The notes beneath the pieces were generated by a model. The model ran no database searches, was not told the DNA's origin, and saw only the letters and a program-made list of their open reading frames with translations. A program made the position numbers and the translations under genes. From assembly GCA_965216755.1 (NCBI GenBank), contig CBDCGL010000011.1, forward strand, positions 768,001 through 832,000: DNA of 64,000 nt. The letters run 5' to 3'. Below are positions 9,339 through 18,858 of the stretch, piece by piece (the first letter of the stretch is position 1; each line of letters opens with the position of its first letter). Source of the DNA: Alphaproteobacteria bacterium (GTDB lineage Bacteria; Pseudomonadota; Alphaproteobacteria; UBA7887).

Positions 9339-10133
9339 TTAGTCGAACATCTTGTCAATATCGTCTTGGCTTACACGCTCAACGTTGACAGATTTCTTAT
9401 CGATAATTTTATCGAGATCATCCAGACCTTTTGGCGCGTCCGGTAGATCGACCGCGTTAATGTCATCCTCGCCCCAGATTTTGATGATTTTTTCGACGCG
9501 TTCCTCAACATATTTGAGCGTATTTACAACCTTACCAAGGCGTTGACCCGTCAAGTCTTGGAAATTGCATGCTTCGAAAACGCTTGTGACTTGATCGGCG
9601 ATCGTCTCCGCAAGTGACCGCAGATAGTCATTCTCGGTGCTTTTCTGAATTGACGCCGCCGCTTCGTCGATTTGCTCCATCGATTCGATGATTTGGCTCG
9701 TCGCATTGGCCGTGGCGGCAACAACACCGTCAAGCTCATGCTGAACGACCGTCATTCGGGTGTCGGTCTCTGCCGAGCGATAAAGAGCCGCGACTTCTTC
9801 CTTTGTCTCTTGGATCGAGTATGACAGCGCGTGCACTTCGTTTTTCACCAATTGGAGCTCGTCGGCGAGCTTCTCCTTTTCTTCCGCGGCTTGTGCAACA
9901 GCGGCAGACTCGGCCGCTTCCGCGTCTTCCTCGCTCGCGGTGCCGCCGACAGCTGCGACCAGGTGCCGGATGTCCGATTGCATACCTATCACGGCCGTCA
10001 AGAGCATCTCGAGTTCTGCTGAACCGATCTGGCCATTGGTTGGTGCCGCATTCAGCCCGAGTGGCAGCTTGACCTTGGGGCCACTGTGTTGCCGATCGAC
10101 CGTATATTGACGTGCATGTGCTGCGTTCACCAT
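9339..10133 (-). CDS. cheZ: CheZ-family phosphatase (alphaproteobacterial type) with N-terminal extension
   Basis: ELDGVVAATANAT..I, EACNFQDLTGQRLGKV (DxxxQ motif), C-terminal SQDDIDKMFD helix; GGGAGG RBS. Confidence 0.85.
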   Translation of the reverse strand: MVNAAHARQYTVDRQHSGPKVKLPLGLNAAPTNGQIGSAELEMLLTAVIGMQSDIRHLVAAVGGTASEEDAEAAESAAVAQAAEEKEKLADELQLVKNEVHALSYSIQETKEEVAALYRSAETDTRMTVVQHELDGVVAATANATSQIIESMEQIDEAAASIQKSTENDYLRSLAETIADQVTSVFEACNFQDLTGQRLGKVVNTLKYVEERVEKIIKIWGEDDINAVDLPDAPKGLDDLDKIIDKKSVNVERVSQDDIDKMFD

Positions 10134-10332
10134 CAAGTCCTCCCTCGCCAGCAGTCGGCCAGTACCCTTCGGGGCGCCGGCGCGTTGTGTTCGTCGCGCG
10201 CGTTCCGACCTAAGAAATCGATAGATCGGTTGGATCGCTTGTCAAGCCGTGCCAAGGCTTCCTAGACTTCAGCGCGCGTGCGACCGCGAATTCTCAGGGA
10301 CAACCGTTAATATTTGGGAGCCGACCGTGAAT

Positions 10333-11334
10333 ATGAGCTACTGGTTACGCATCACGCTAATTTTCATGGTATTTGCGACGTCTTTCGGTGGTATTCGACA
10401 TGTCGCGTCGGCCCAAGAGACATTGCGCGCGGTTTCGATGTTTCCCGAGCCCGTTGTGTTCACGCGTAGTTTCCTGGGCTTTGTAGACAAGGTGAATGGC
10501 GATCCATCGGGCCTTGTTCAGATCCAATTCATCGGCGGCCCCGAAGCGTTGCCGACCAGCGAACAGGCTGAGGCCGTGCGCGCCGGCGTTGTAGATATGA
10601 TGTACGGCCCGGGCAGCTACTATCCCGGCATCGTGCCCGAAACCGACGCCTTGATCGGAAGCAATGTCTTGCCTATGGAACAGCGGGCCAACGGCGGCAT
10701 TGCATTGCTGGGCAAGATCCACCGCGAGAAGATGAATGCGCACTATTTGGCACACACCGAGGGTGGTATCGGATTCCATATCTATTTGCGGGAACCGCCG
10801 CCCGTGAACGATGCGGGGATTGCGGATCTTAGCGGACTAAAACTGCGCGCCGGCCCATTCTATCGCGAATTCTTCAATCGACTGGGCGCGATCCATGTCG
10901 GCATTCCGGCGGCTGAGGTTTATACGGCCTTGGCCAGGGGCACGGTCGACGGCATAGGGTGGACGTCGATCGGCGTCATGGATTTTTCCTGGGACGAGTA
11001 TCTGAAAGTCAGAATTGAGCCATCATTTTCGCAGACCGATGTTGGCATCGTGGTCAACCAAGATCGTTGGGACTCGCTCAGCGAAGCCGCGAAAGAGGTG
11101 CTCGAATCGGCCGCGATCGAATATGAAGAGGAAAGCTACCAGCGTTTGCAGGCACTTAAGGCGGAGGAGGACGCGCAATTGCGCGCGCGGGGCATGCGCG
11201 TCGTCGCACTGGCACCTGGGCAAGCGGAGAGCTACTTGGAAGCAGCCTATGAATCAATTTGGCAGCGCCTACGCGAACGCGACGGTACCTATTACGATGA
11301 TCTGCGCGCACGTTTCTACCGCGAACCGCAATAG
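10333..11334 (+). CDS. dctP: TRAP transporter substrate-binding protein
   Basis: Signal peptide, GGPEAL, DLSGLKLR, EVYTALARGTVDG; followed by DctQ and DctM. Confidence 0.9.
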   Translation: MSYWLRITLIFMVFATSFGGIRHVASAQETLRAVSMFPEPVVFTRSFLGFVDKVNGDPSGLVQIQFIGGPEALPTSEQAEAVRAGVVDMMYGPGSYYPGIVPETDALIGSNVLPMEQRANGGIALLGKIHREKMNAHYLAHTEGGIGFHIYLREPPPVNDAGIADLSGLKLRAGPFYREFFNRLGAIHVGIPAAEVYTALARGTVDGIGWTSIGVMDFSWDEYLKVRIEPSFSQTDVGIVVNQDRWDSLSEAAKEVLESAAIEYEEESYQRLQALKAEEDAQLRARGMRVVALAPGQAESYLEAAYESIWQRLRERDGTYYDDLRARFYREPQ

Positions 11335-11380
11335 CCGTGACCATGATGCGCAGCGGCTGGCCTGACGAGCGACCGTAAAC

Positions 11381-11893
11381 GTGAACCGCCTGATTCGTGC
11401 TCACGATCGGTTTCTCAGTGGGCTCGCGGGCCTTGCAGGCAGCATTCTGGCCGCCATCGTCGTTTTTGTCGCGATCGACGTTGTCCTCCGCAATATTGGT
11501 TTTCAACCGCCTCCGCACACATTGGCACTGAGCGAGTACGGTCTGTATTACGCGACGTTGTTCGCGGCGCCGTGGTTGGTCCGCTCCCGCGGCCATGTTT
11601 CTGTCGAAATCGTGACGGCCGCGGTACCGGCTGGGATCAGGCGCATCATGATGGCGATCGCTTGTCTGTCCTGCGGTCTTGCGTGCCTGATCGTCGCTTG
11701 GTTCGGTTGGGAAGTGACTGCCAGCAATTACGTACGTGGCACATTCGACGTCCGGTCTTTCGATATGCCTAAATGGCTGTTGTTTGCGGCCATGCCTCTT
11801 TCCTTTTTGTTGATGGCCGTTGAATTTGCCCGTCTCTTGTTCCGGCCTCAAACAGCGCCCACCAACGCAAGACATCAACCGGATCCGCTGTAA
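11381..11893 (+). CDS. dctQ: TRAP transporter small permease
   Basis: Four hydrophobic segments, DVVLR, GHVSVEI. Confidence 0.9.
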   Translation: MNRLIRAHDRFLSGLAGLAGSILAAIVVFVAIDVVLRNIGFQPPPHTLALSEYGLYYATLFAAPWLVRSRGHVSVEIVTAAVPAGIRRIMMAIACLSCGLACLIVAWFGWEVTASNYVRGTFDVRSFDMPKWLLFAAMPLSFLLMAVEFARLLFRPQTAPTNARHQPDPL

Positions 11894-11895
11894 CG

Positions 11896-13200
11896 ATGCC
11901 TTGGGGTGTTGTGACCAGCGTTATGGTCGGCGCGGTCGTCGGACTTATGGCGCTGGGACTGCCAGTGGCGTTTGCGTTCCTCGCGGTCGACTTGGCGGGC
12001 GCCTACAAAGTATTGGGTGGTGCCGCGGGGCTCAGGCAGTTCGTCTCCAATGCGACAGCGTCGATCACGACATTTGCCCTGGTTCCGGTCCCTCTTTTCC
12101 TCTTGATGGGCGAGCTGTTCTTTCACACCGGTCTTGCGGTCCGGGTCTTCGATGCGCTGGATGCTTGCTTCGGTCGATTGCCGGGCCGCCTATCGTTTCT
12201 GACGGTCGCCGGCGGCACCCTCTTTGCGACGCTGTCCGGATCAAGCATGGCGAACACGGCCATGCTTGGATCCTTGCTGGTGCCTGAAATGGCGCGGCGC
12301 GGTTACAAGCCTGCCATGTCCATTGGGCCAATCTTGGGTACCGGGGGCTTGGCCATGTTGATCCCACCCTCGGCTCTGGCGGTCTTGTTGGCCAGCTTGG
12401 CGCGCATCGACGTCGGTGCTTTGCTCATCGCCGGCCTTCTGCCGGGTCTGCTATTGGCGAGCCTCTACGGCGCGATGATTTTGGTCCGCCTACGACTTGA
12501 TCCGGATTCCGCGCCGGACTATCCGGTCGATGTCTTGCCTATGGCCGAGCGGCTAGGCCTTGTCGCACGCGATGTATTGCCGATGGGCCTGGTCGTGATC
12601 TTCGTCATCGGTTCAATTCTTGGTGGCTTCGCCACCCCGTCCGAGGCCGCGGCATTCGGCGTTATCGGCGTCCTCATTCTTGCTTTCGTGCGCGGGACCT
12701 TGAACTGGCCAGCGGTCGCCAAGAGCCTGCGCGGCGCCACACGGGTTACCGCGATGGCGTTTTTGATTATCATGATGTCGGCCACATTTGCGCAGATCCT
12801 CGCGTTTTCCGGCGCCAGCAGCGGGTTGGTGCGTTGGGCGACAAGCCTTGAGGCCTCGGGAATCGTGCTCTTGTTGGCGATGCTCGCGGTCCTGCTAATG
12901 CTCGGCATGTTCATGGATCAGCTATCCATGATGTTGCTGACCGTACCGATCTTTTTTCCGCTCGCGCAGAGCCTCGGCTTTGATCCGATCTGGTTTGCGG
13001 TGTTGATGTTGCTCGCCCTGGAGATCGGTTTGACCACGCCGCCCTTCGGTTTGTTGCTGTTTGTGATGCGCGGTGTTGCGCCGGCCGGTACGACGATGGG
13101 ACAAATCTACACCGCCGCGCTGCCCTTTATCGGCTGCGCGATGGCGGTGGTCGTTTTGGTTATCCTATTCCCTGGGATCGCGTTGTTTCTTGTTCGCTAG
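11896..13200 (+). CDS. dctM: TRAP transporter large permease
   Basis: PLFLLMGE, SGSS, LIPPS, TPSEAA, TPPFG motifs; highly hydrophobic. Confidence 0.93.
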   Translation: MPWGVVTSVMVGAVVGLMALGLPVAFAFLAVDLAGAYKVLGGAAGLRQFVSNATASITTFALVPVPLFLLMGELFFHTGLAVRVFDALDACFGRLPGRLSFLTVAGGTLFATLSGSSMANTAMLGSLLVPEMARRGYKPAMSIGPILGTGGLAMLIPPSALAVLLASLARIDVGALLIAGLLPGLLLASLYGAMILVRLRLDPDSAPDYPVDVLPMAERLGLVARDVLPMGLVVIFVIGSILGGFATPSEAAAFGVIGVLILAFVRGTLNWPAVAKSLRGATRVTAMAFLIIMMSATFAQILAFSGASSGLVRWATSLEASGIVLLLAMLAVLLMLGMFMDQLSMMLLTVPIFFPLAQSLGFDPIWFAVLMLLALEIGLTTPPFGLLLFVMRGVAPAGTTMGQIYTAALPFIGCAMAVVVLVILFPGIALFLVR

Positions 13201-14187
13201 AGCTGGCGCGCGCGCCAGACCGAAATGGTCCAAGAAGCCAAGGAACCGCGCCAGAATCTCACGTTTGTAGGCATTCATGTCACGATCGCCGTAGCTGTAG
13301 AAACCGCGGCCGGTTTTGATGCCGATGGCACCTGATTCCATATTCTGTTTGACCACCGGTGGCGCTGCAAAACGGTCGCTACCCAGCTTGTTTTCCAGAT
13401 AGCGATCGGCGTAATAGAGAATGTCGCCACCGCCCCAGTCGATGAACTCTATGACACCGATGCCGGCAAATCGAAAGCCAAGTCCAAATCGCGTTGCCTG
13501 GTCAATTTCCTCAGGCGTGGCAACGCCTTCCGCCACCATACGCGCGGCCTCGTTCATGATCAGCGCCTGCAAGCGCGGAACGATGTAGCCAGGCGACGCG
13601 GCACAGGTGACGGGCACCTTGCCAATGTCGGCCAGAAATTTGCGGGTCTCCTCGATAACCGTCGGTTTCGTAGGTGCCGCCGGACTAATCTCGACAAGTG
13701 GAATTAGAAATGCCGGATTCAACCAATGGACATTGAGAAAGCGTTCGGGTCGTCCGACGAAGGATGCCAGTTCGTCGGCCAGCATGGTCGATGTCGTTGA
13801 GGCAATCACCGTCTCCGGCGCGGCGACCTGGTCAATCGCCGCCAATGTTGGCCGCTTTGCGTCGGCATGTTCAGGAACTGCTTCAAACACGAACCGCGCT
13901 TGGCCGACGTGAGCGGCCAATTGAGCTGCCGGATTGACCGTAATCCGTGTCAATATCGGGTCGACCAGGTTGGCGTCAAACTGGCCGCTCGCGGCGACGT
14001 CGCTCAGGCTCGCACGAACGTCCGCTTCGGCATCAAGGCGAAGCGTTGTGAATGCCTCATCCGTGCGGTTCTTGGCGTCGATCAGACTGACGCCATACCC
14101 GGCATAAGCGAAGACATGGGCCAAACCTCGTCCCATCCGACCCGCGCCGACAATGGCAACATGTTCATTTCGCACGTTATTGGTCAT
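13165..14187 (-). CDS. 3-hydroxyacyl(butyryl)-CoA dehydrogenase
   Basis: GAGRMG Rossmann motif, FEAVPE, ASTTST, HWLNP..LVE, PGYIVPR, GIKTGRGFY. Confidence 0.88.
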   Translation of the reverse strand: MTNNVRNEHVAIVGAGRMGRGLAHVFAYAGYGVSLIDAKNRTDEAFTTLRLDAEADVRASLSDVAASGQFDANLVDPILTRITVNPAAQLAAHVGQARFVFEAVPEHADAKRPTLAAIDQVAAPETVIASTTSTMLADELASFVGRPERFLNVHWLNPAFLIPLVEISPAAPTKPTVIEETRKFLADIGKVPVTCAASPGYIVPRLQALIMNEAARMVAEGVATPEEIDQATRFGLGFRFAGIGVIEFIDWGGGDILYYADRYLENKLGSDRFAAPPVVKQNMESGAIGIKTGRGFYSYGDRDMNAYKREILARFLGFLDHFGLARAPALANKKQRDPRE

Positions 14188-15275
14188 GACTCGTTGAAAC
14201 CGTCAGAAAGCTTTAGCTTTAGATCTTCAATCGAATATGGGGCCAAGCCGAGCTCTTGAAGCGTGCGTCCATGCGCGACAAGATTTTCCTCAAGAACGGC
14301 AGCCGCGATTGCCAGCAAGCCGTCGGCTAGGGGCGTGTGGACTCCGGCTTTGCGCGCGACGGACGTCATGAACGTCAGGCCATGCACGACGTCTTCGCGC
14401 ATATAGCGATGGTCATGTAGGTCGATCGGTTCGCGCCAATCACCACTGTCGACCAACTTTTCATGGGCGGCGTTTCCGTACATCCATTCCTCGCCATCGG
14501 GCGCGTAGTGGTCGGCGAGCGGGAAGTGTGGCGGCGGATACGACAATGCTTGACGCACCGCAATGCGCTCCGCGTCCAAAGCATCGGTCACCCGGCGAAT
14601 CGCCGGTTGTGTGCCTTCATTGTGGATATCCCAGTTGGATGCGTATTCAAGGGGCCCCGCGTTCATCAGGATGAGCGGCGGATGGATGATTGGCCCGGCG
14701 TTCTGAAGGGCCGCGTCAAGCGCATCGCAACAGCGTTCAACCGCGGGAAAAGCGGCTTCGATAACGGCAAAAGCGTGAGCCGCATCGATGCCTGGAAAAA
14801 CACCACTTGGTAGGCGCGTGGCGCGGGCGCTAATCGCGACCAAGTCTTGGCCACGCTTGCGAGCCAACCAAGGCAAAGTTCCTGCTTCCGCGAAGCTGAC
14901 ATGCGCTCGACTACCTGCTCTACGCACCGCTTCCGCCATGACGTAGCTGCCAAATGTCCCCGGCGGCATAAAAACGACCTGGCCATCGACCAAATATGGC
15001 GCCAACGCCGCGCCGACAGACGATTGGCTGGGGGCCGGCAATGGCGCGACGATCAGGGCGGCGCCATTGACAACCTTGCCGAGATCGGTGCTGGCCAAGG
15101 CCAAAGGAACGCGACGTTCGCCCCGAACATCCAGAATGCGAACTGATTGTTGCGACAATACGGGTCCGAATGCTTCGGCGTCGCGTCGCCAGAGCCGCAC
15201 GGCATGACCCTGTTCAGCCAAGTCAGCGGCAGCCGCGTATGCGCCGTGGCCACCGCCGACAACCGCAATTTCCAT
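14184..15275 (-). CDS. NAD/NADP octopine/nopaline (opine) dehydrogenase family protein
   Basis: MEIAVVGGGHG, AEAGTLP, NAGPIIHP, LDAERIAV, HRYMREDV; its stop overlaps the start of the next gene. Confidence 0.85.
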   Translation of the reverse strand: MEIAVVGGGHGAYAAAADLAEQGHAVRLWRRDAEAFGPVLSQQSVRILDVRGERRVPLALASTDLGKVVNGAALIVAPLPAPSQSSVGAALAPYLVDGQVVFMPPGTFGSYVMAEAVRRAGSRAHVSFAEAGTLPWLARKRGQDLVAISARATRLPSGVFPGIDAAHAFAVIEAAFPAVERCCDALDAALQNAGPIIHPPLILMNAGPLEYASNWDIHNEGTQPAIRRVTDALDAERIAVRQALSYPPPHFPLADHYAPDGEEWMYGNAAHEKLVDSGDWREPIDLHDHRYMREDVVHGLTFMTSVARKAGVHTPLADGLLAIAAAVLEENLVAHGRTLQELGLAPYSIEDLKLKLSDGFNES

Positions 15276-15459
15276 TCTCAACCTCGCTGTGATTTGGCGG
15301 CAGAACTTAGCCGAGCGTGCGGCTATCCTCTGGATGCATTTGGGCGGCGTCAAGCGCGCCGCCATCATCGTCGCGACGCTTGCCAATGTCATATCAGATC
15401 CGCCATAAGCCCAGTTCCCGCGGCGGGGAGACGCGGTCCCTATGGAATCCGAGAGAAGC

Positions 15460-16233
15460 ATGCTTGATATTGAAGCCTATAAGCCGGCGCGCATGGCCGA
15501 ATTGGCCGAGACCGCAGGTGTGGCCAAGACCAAACTTGGATTTGCGCAAACTTTTGCGCTCGCCACCTTGGCCGGCGCCTTCATTGGCTTTGGTGCGCTG
15601 TTCTACATGGTGGCCGTGACCGACACAGGTCTGGGCTATGGGCCGACCCGATTGTTGGGTGGATTGGCTTTCTGTCTTGGGCTCATACTCGTTGTTGTTG
15701 CAGGCGCCGAACTCTTCACGGGCAACAATCTCATCGTCATGGCCTGGGCCCATGGCCATGTCAAGAGCGTCGAGGTGTTACGAAATTGGGCGATTGTCTT
15801 TGCCGGAAATCTGGTTGGCGCGGTTGGCTTGGCCGCATTGGTACTGGCATCGGGGATCACGGACGGCCCAATCCAGAGCACAGCCATCGCCATTGCCCAA
15901 GGCAAAGTCGCGCTGGAGCCAGATCAAGCTTTTTTTCGAGGAATCCTTTGTAACACATTGGTTTGTCTAGCGGTTTGGCTCTGCTTTGCGGCGCGGCGCG
16001 TAACCGGGAAGATTGCCGCAATCATTTTTCCGATCACCGCCTTTGTCGCCATCGGTTTCGAACACTCCATCGCCAACATGTTCTTCTTGCCGGTCGGTTT
16101 GTGGCTTTCCGAAACCGCGATTCTGATGCCGCTGGTCACCAACCTGGTGCCTGTAACGTTGGGAAATATTGTTGGGGGCGCGGTGTTTGTGGGCGGTACT
16201 TACTGGTTTTGCTATCTGCGCGAGCAGGATTAG
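15460..16233 (+). CDS. Formate/nitrite transporter (FNT) family channel
   Basis: LAGAFI, ELFTGN, GILCNTLVCLA, FEHSIANM, GNIVGG signatures. Confidence 0.92.
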   Translation: MLDIEAYKPARMAELAETAGVAKTKLGFAQTFALATLAGAFIGFGALFYMVAVTDTGLGYGPTRLLGGLAFCLGLILVVVAGAELFTGNNLIVMAWAHGHVKSVEVLRNWAIVFAGNLVGAVGLAALVLASGITDGPIQSTAIAIAQGKVALEPDQAFFRGILCNTLVCLAVWLCFAARRVTGKIAAIIFPITAFVAIGFEHSIANMFFLPVGLWLSETAILMPLVTNLVPVTLGNIVGGAVFVGGTYWFCYLREQD

Positions 16234-16375
16234 CGAGACCTAAATCCAAGGCTAAATTTGCGTTCGGTTTGCTTTGAACCGTCAGCGAGATATGTCAATC
16301 ACATAACAATAAACAGGGAGAGCCGGAAGAAAAGGGGGACGAGTGCGGCTTGCTGGCGCGAATAGGAGCGGCAAT

Positions 16376-16753
16376 ATGATACGTATTCTCGTTGGACCCC
16401 TGCTGATGCTGTTTTTGGCCATTCCGGCCTTGGACTGGTCCGCAAAGGCTCAAACAACGGAAAGTCCCAAAGGAAACACGCCGGCTTTACAGCCATCGAA
16501 CCCGTCTTCTACTCCAGGCGTCAAGTGCTTGCCACACGACGACGCCGTCTCGAATCTGAAGCAGCACTATGACGAGGATGCCATTGGTTTGGGACTCAGC
16601 AACAAGGGGCAGTCTGTAGTCGAGTTGTTCGTCGCCGATACCGGCAGTTGGACCATATTGGTGACCAATACCCAAGGCGTTAGCTGTGTGGCGGCCGCTG
16701 GGCAAAACTGGTCGGACACAAAAGCCATCGACGCCTCTGAAAAAGGCACCTGA
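16376..16753 (+). CDS. Small secreted hypothetical protein with two Cys
   Basis: AGGAG RBS, signal peptide, then C..H..L..Y.E..GLG..VELF..TGSWTILVT..G.SC..G..W pattern that I recall from alphaproteobacterial hypotheticals. Confidence 0.7.
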   Translation: MIRILVGPLLMLFLAIPALDWSAKAQTTESPKGNTPALQPSNPSSTPGVKCLPHDDAVSNLKQHYDEDAIGLGLSNKGQSVVELFVADTGSWTILVTNTQGVSCVAAAGQNWSDTKAIDASEKGT

Positions 16754-16806
16754 CGCGTTCGGGCGCGAGCAGGTCAATTTCAAGCTCGCGCGCCGCATTC
16801 ACACCG

Positions 16807-17772
16807 CTATTCGGACGTTGAGCCGACGATCGCGTGGATGTTGGCCTGATCGGCGTTGCCGCCGGTGAGAATGGCGGCGGCACGCTTGCCCCGCAATTGA
16901 TCCTGCTCGGCCAATGCTGCGGCCAACGGGGCCGCGCCCGCCGGTTCGGCCAAATTGTGGGTATCTTGCAGCAATATGCCTTGAGCACGAAGAATTTGGT
17001 CGTCACTGACCAAGACGACGCGCGCCGCGCCGCGATTGATGACGCCAACCGCGTCGGGCACGGGCACCCGCGTTGCCACACCATCGGCGAACGTATCGCA
17101 CCGATTGGTTGAAACAGGTTGGCCGCGTTCGAACGACAACGCGTAACACGGCGCGCCCTCGGCTTGAACGCCCACTACCGCACATCGCAACCCCAGCGCG
17201 TCGCGCGCGTGAATCACACCGCAAATGCCGGATCCAAGACCGATCGGCACATAGACCACATCTAAATCCGCGACATTGTCGAACAGCTCCAAGGCATAAC
17301 TGGCGACACCCATGACAAGGTCAGGATGAAACGACGGCACCATGTGCAAATCATCGGCAACGGCGCGTTCTTGCGCATGTTCGAGAGCCGCTTGAAAATC
17401 GTCGCCATGTACAACCAGCCTTGCGCCTTGAGCCGCCATGGCGCGATTCTTCTCCGGATTGTTTCCCTCGGGCACGACGATCGTTGCGGGTAGGTCAAAT
17501 CGGCTCGCCGCCACGGCAATGGATTGGCCATGATTGCCGCGCGTCGCCGCAATCACGCCGCGGCATTCGGGTTGCCGCCGTTTCAACCCGGCCATGTAGA
17601 CAACGCCACCCCGAATTTTGAACGCGCCGGTCGGCGTATGGTTTTCATGTTTGATCCATACCGAACACCCGATACGCTCGGCCAACAACGGCCAAGGGTA
17701 TTGGGGCGTCGGCGAGACGTGCGCGTGGACTTGTGCCGCGGCGGCGCGGAGCTCGCTTAATGTCGGAGGCAT
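16807..17772 (-). CDS. PLP-dependent threonine dehydratase / serine racemase-like enzyme (fold type II)
   Basis: KHENHTPTGAFKIRG (PLP Lys), ATRGNHG, VPIGLGSG, AEPAGA, TGGN. Confidence 0.88.
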   Translation of the reverse strand: MPPTLSELRAAAAQVHAHVSPTPQYPWPLLAERIGCSVWIKHENHTPTGAFKIRGGVVYMAGLKRRQPECRGVIAATRGNHGQSIAVAASRFDLPATIVVPEGNNPEKNRAMAAQGARLVVHGDDFQAALEHAQERAVADDLHMVPSFHPDLVMGVASYALELFDNVADLDVVYVPIGLGSGICGVIHARDALGLRCAVVGVQAEGAPCYALSFERGQPVSTNRCDTFADGVATRVPVPDAVGVINRGAARVVLVSDDQILRAQGILLQDTHNLAEPAGAAPLAAALAEQDQLRGKRAAAILTGGNADQANIHAIVGSTSE

Positions 17773-17883
17773 TTCGACTCGTTCCACAATCGGGATGGCG
17801 ACATTATGGTGGACAACGTCAGACAGACAAGCGACAGCTTCGATGGGCTGCTGTGAGAGCGTCTGCAACAAGGGGCATTGTGC

Positions 17884-18759
17884 ATGTTCGAGGGATTTGC
17901 GCGCCGACGAATCATAGTTGACGATGTCGAGATCGCGCTTGTGGCGGCCGGCGATGGGCCGCCGCTCTTGCTGCTACACGGCTATCCGCAAAACCACGTC
18001 ATGTGGCACAAGATCGCGCCCAGTCTGGCGCGGCAATTCACCGTCGTCGCGACCGATCTGCGCGGCTATGGCGAGAGTAGTAAGCCGGAGAGCGACGCGG
18101 AACACGCCGCGTACAGCAAGCGGGCCATGGCCGCTGATCAAGTTGCAGTTATGACCGCGCTCGGTTTCGAGAAATTTATGGTGGCTGGGCACGATCGCGG
18201 TGGCCGGGTTGCCCATCGAATGGCGCTCGATCATCCCGACAGGGTCCAGAAACTCAGTGTCTTGGACATCGTGCCGACCTACCAGATATTCACAGATATC
18301 GAACAGAAGCTCGCAACGGCCTATTACCACTGGTTTTTTCTGATCCAGCCGGAGCCATTTCCGGAAACGATGATAGCCAACAGCCTGGAATTCTACCTGC
18401 GCACCATAATGGGGCGCCTGACGCGATCCGAAAATGCCATTACCGAAGACGCGTTCGCCCATTATTTGAAGTGCTTGCGGGATCCGGCGACGATTCACGC
18501 GACGTGCGAGGACTATCGCGCGGCGGCAACGATCGATTTGCGCCATGATGGGGCGAGCCGCGATCAAAAGATTACCTGCCCACTTCTGGCACTATGGGGA
18601 CGACGCGCGGTCATGGAAGCGATGTATGATGTTTTGGCCGTGTGGCGCGAATGGGCCATCGACGTGTCCGGCCAATCGGTCGATTGTGGACACTTTCTGC
18701 CCGAGGAAGCACCGGATGAAACGGCGGACGCGTTGGTCGATTTTTTTGGCTCACCTTAG
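17884..18759 (+). CDS. Fluoroacetate/haloacetate dehalogenase-like alpha/beta hydrolase
   Basis: LLHGYPQ, GHDRGGRVAHR, LDIVPT, YYHW, CEDYRA, CGHFLPEE. Confidence 0.85.
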   Translation: MFEGFARRRIIVDDVEIALVAAGDGPPLLLLHGYPQNHVMWHKIAPSLARQFTVVATDLRGYGESSKPESDAEHAAYSKRAMAADQVAVMTALGFEKFMVAGHDRGGRVAHRMALDHPDRVQKLSVLDIVPTYQIFTDIEQKLATAYYHWFFLIQPEPFPETMIANSLEFYLRTIMGRLTRSENAITEDAFAHYLKCLRDPATIHATCEDYRAAATIDLRHDGASRDQKITCPLLALWGRRAVMEAMYDVLAVWREWAIDVSGQSVDCGHFLPEEAPDETADALVDFFGSP

Positions 18760-18858
18760 GTATCAATGCACTTTCGCGTTTGCGGCCGAGGCGGCGCAAA
18801 TACGACAAAGTGTTTTTCGTGTGTGACATCAATCATCAGATGACGTGCGGCGGTTTGC

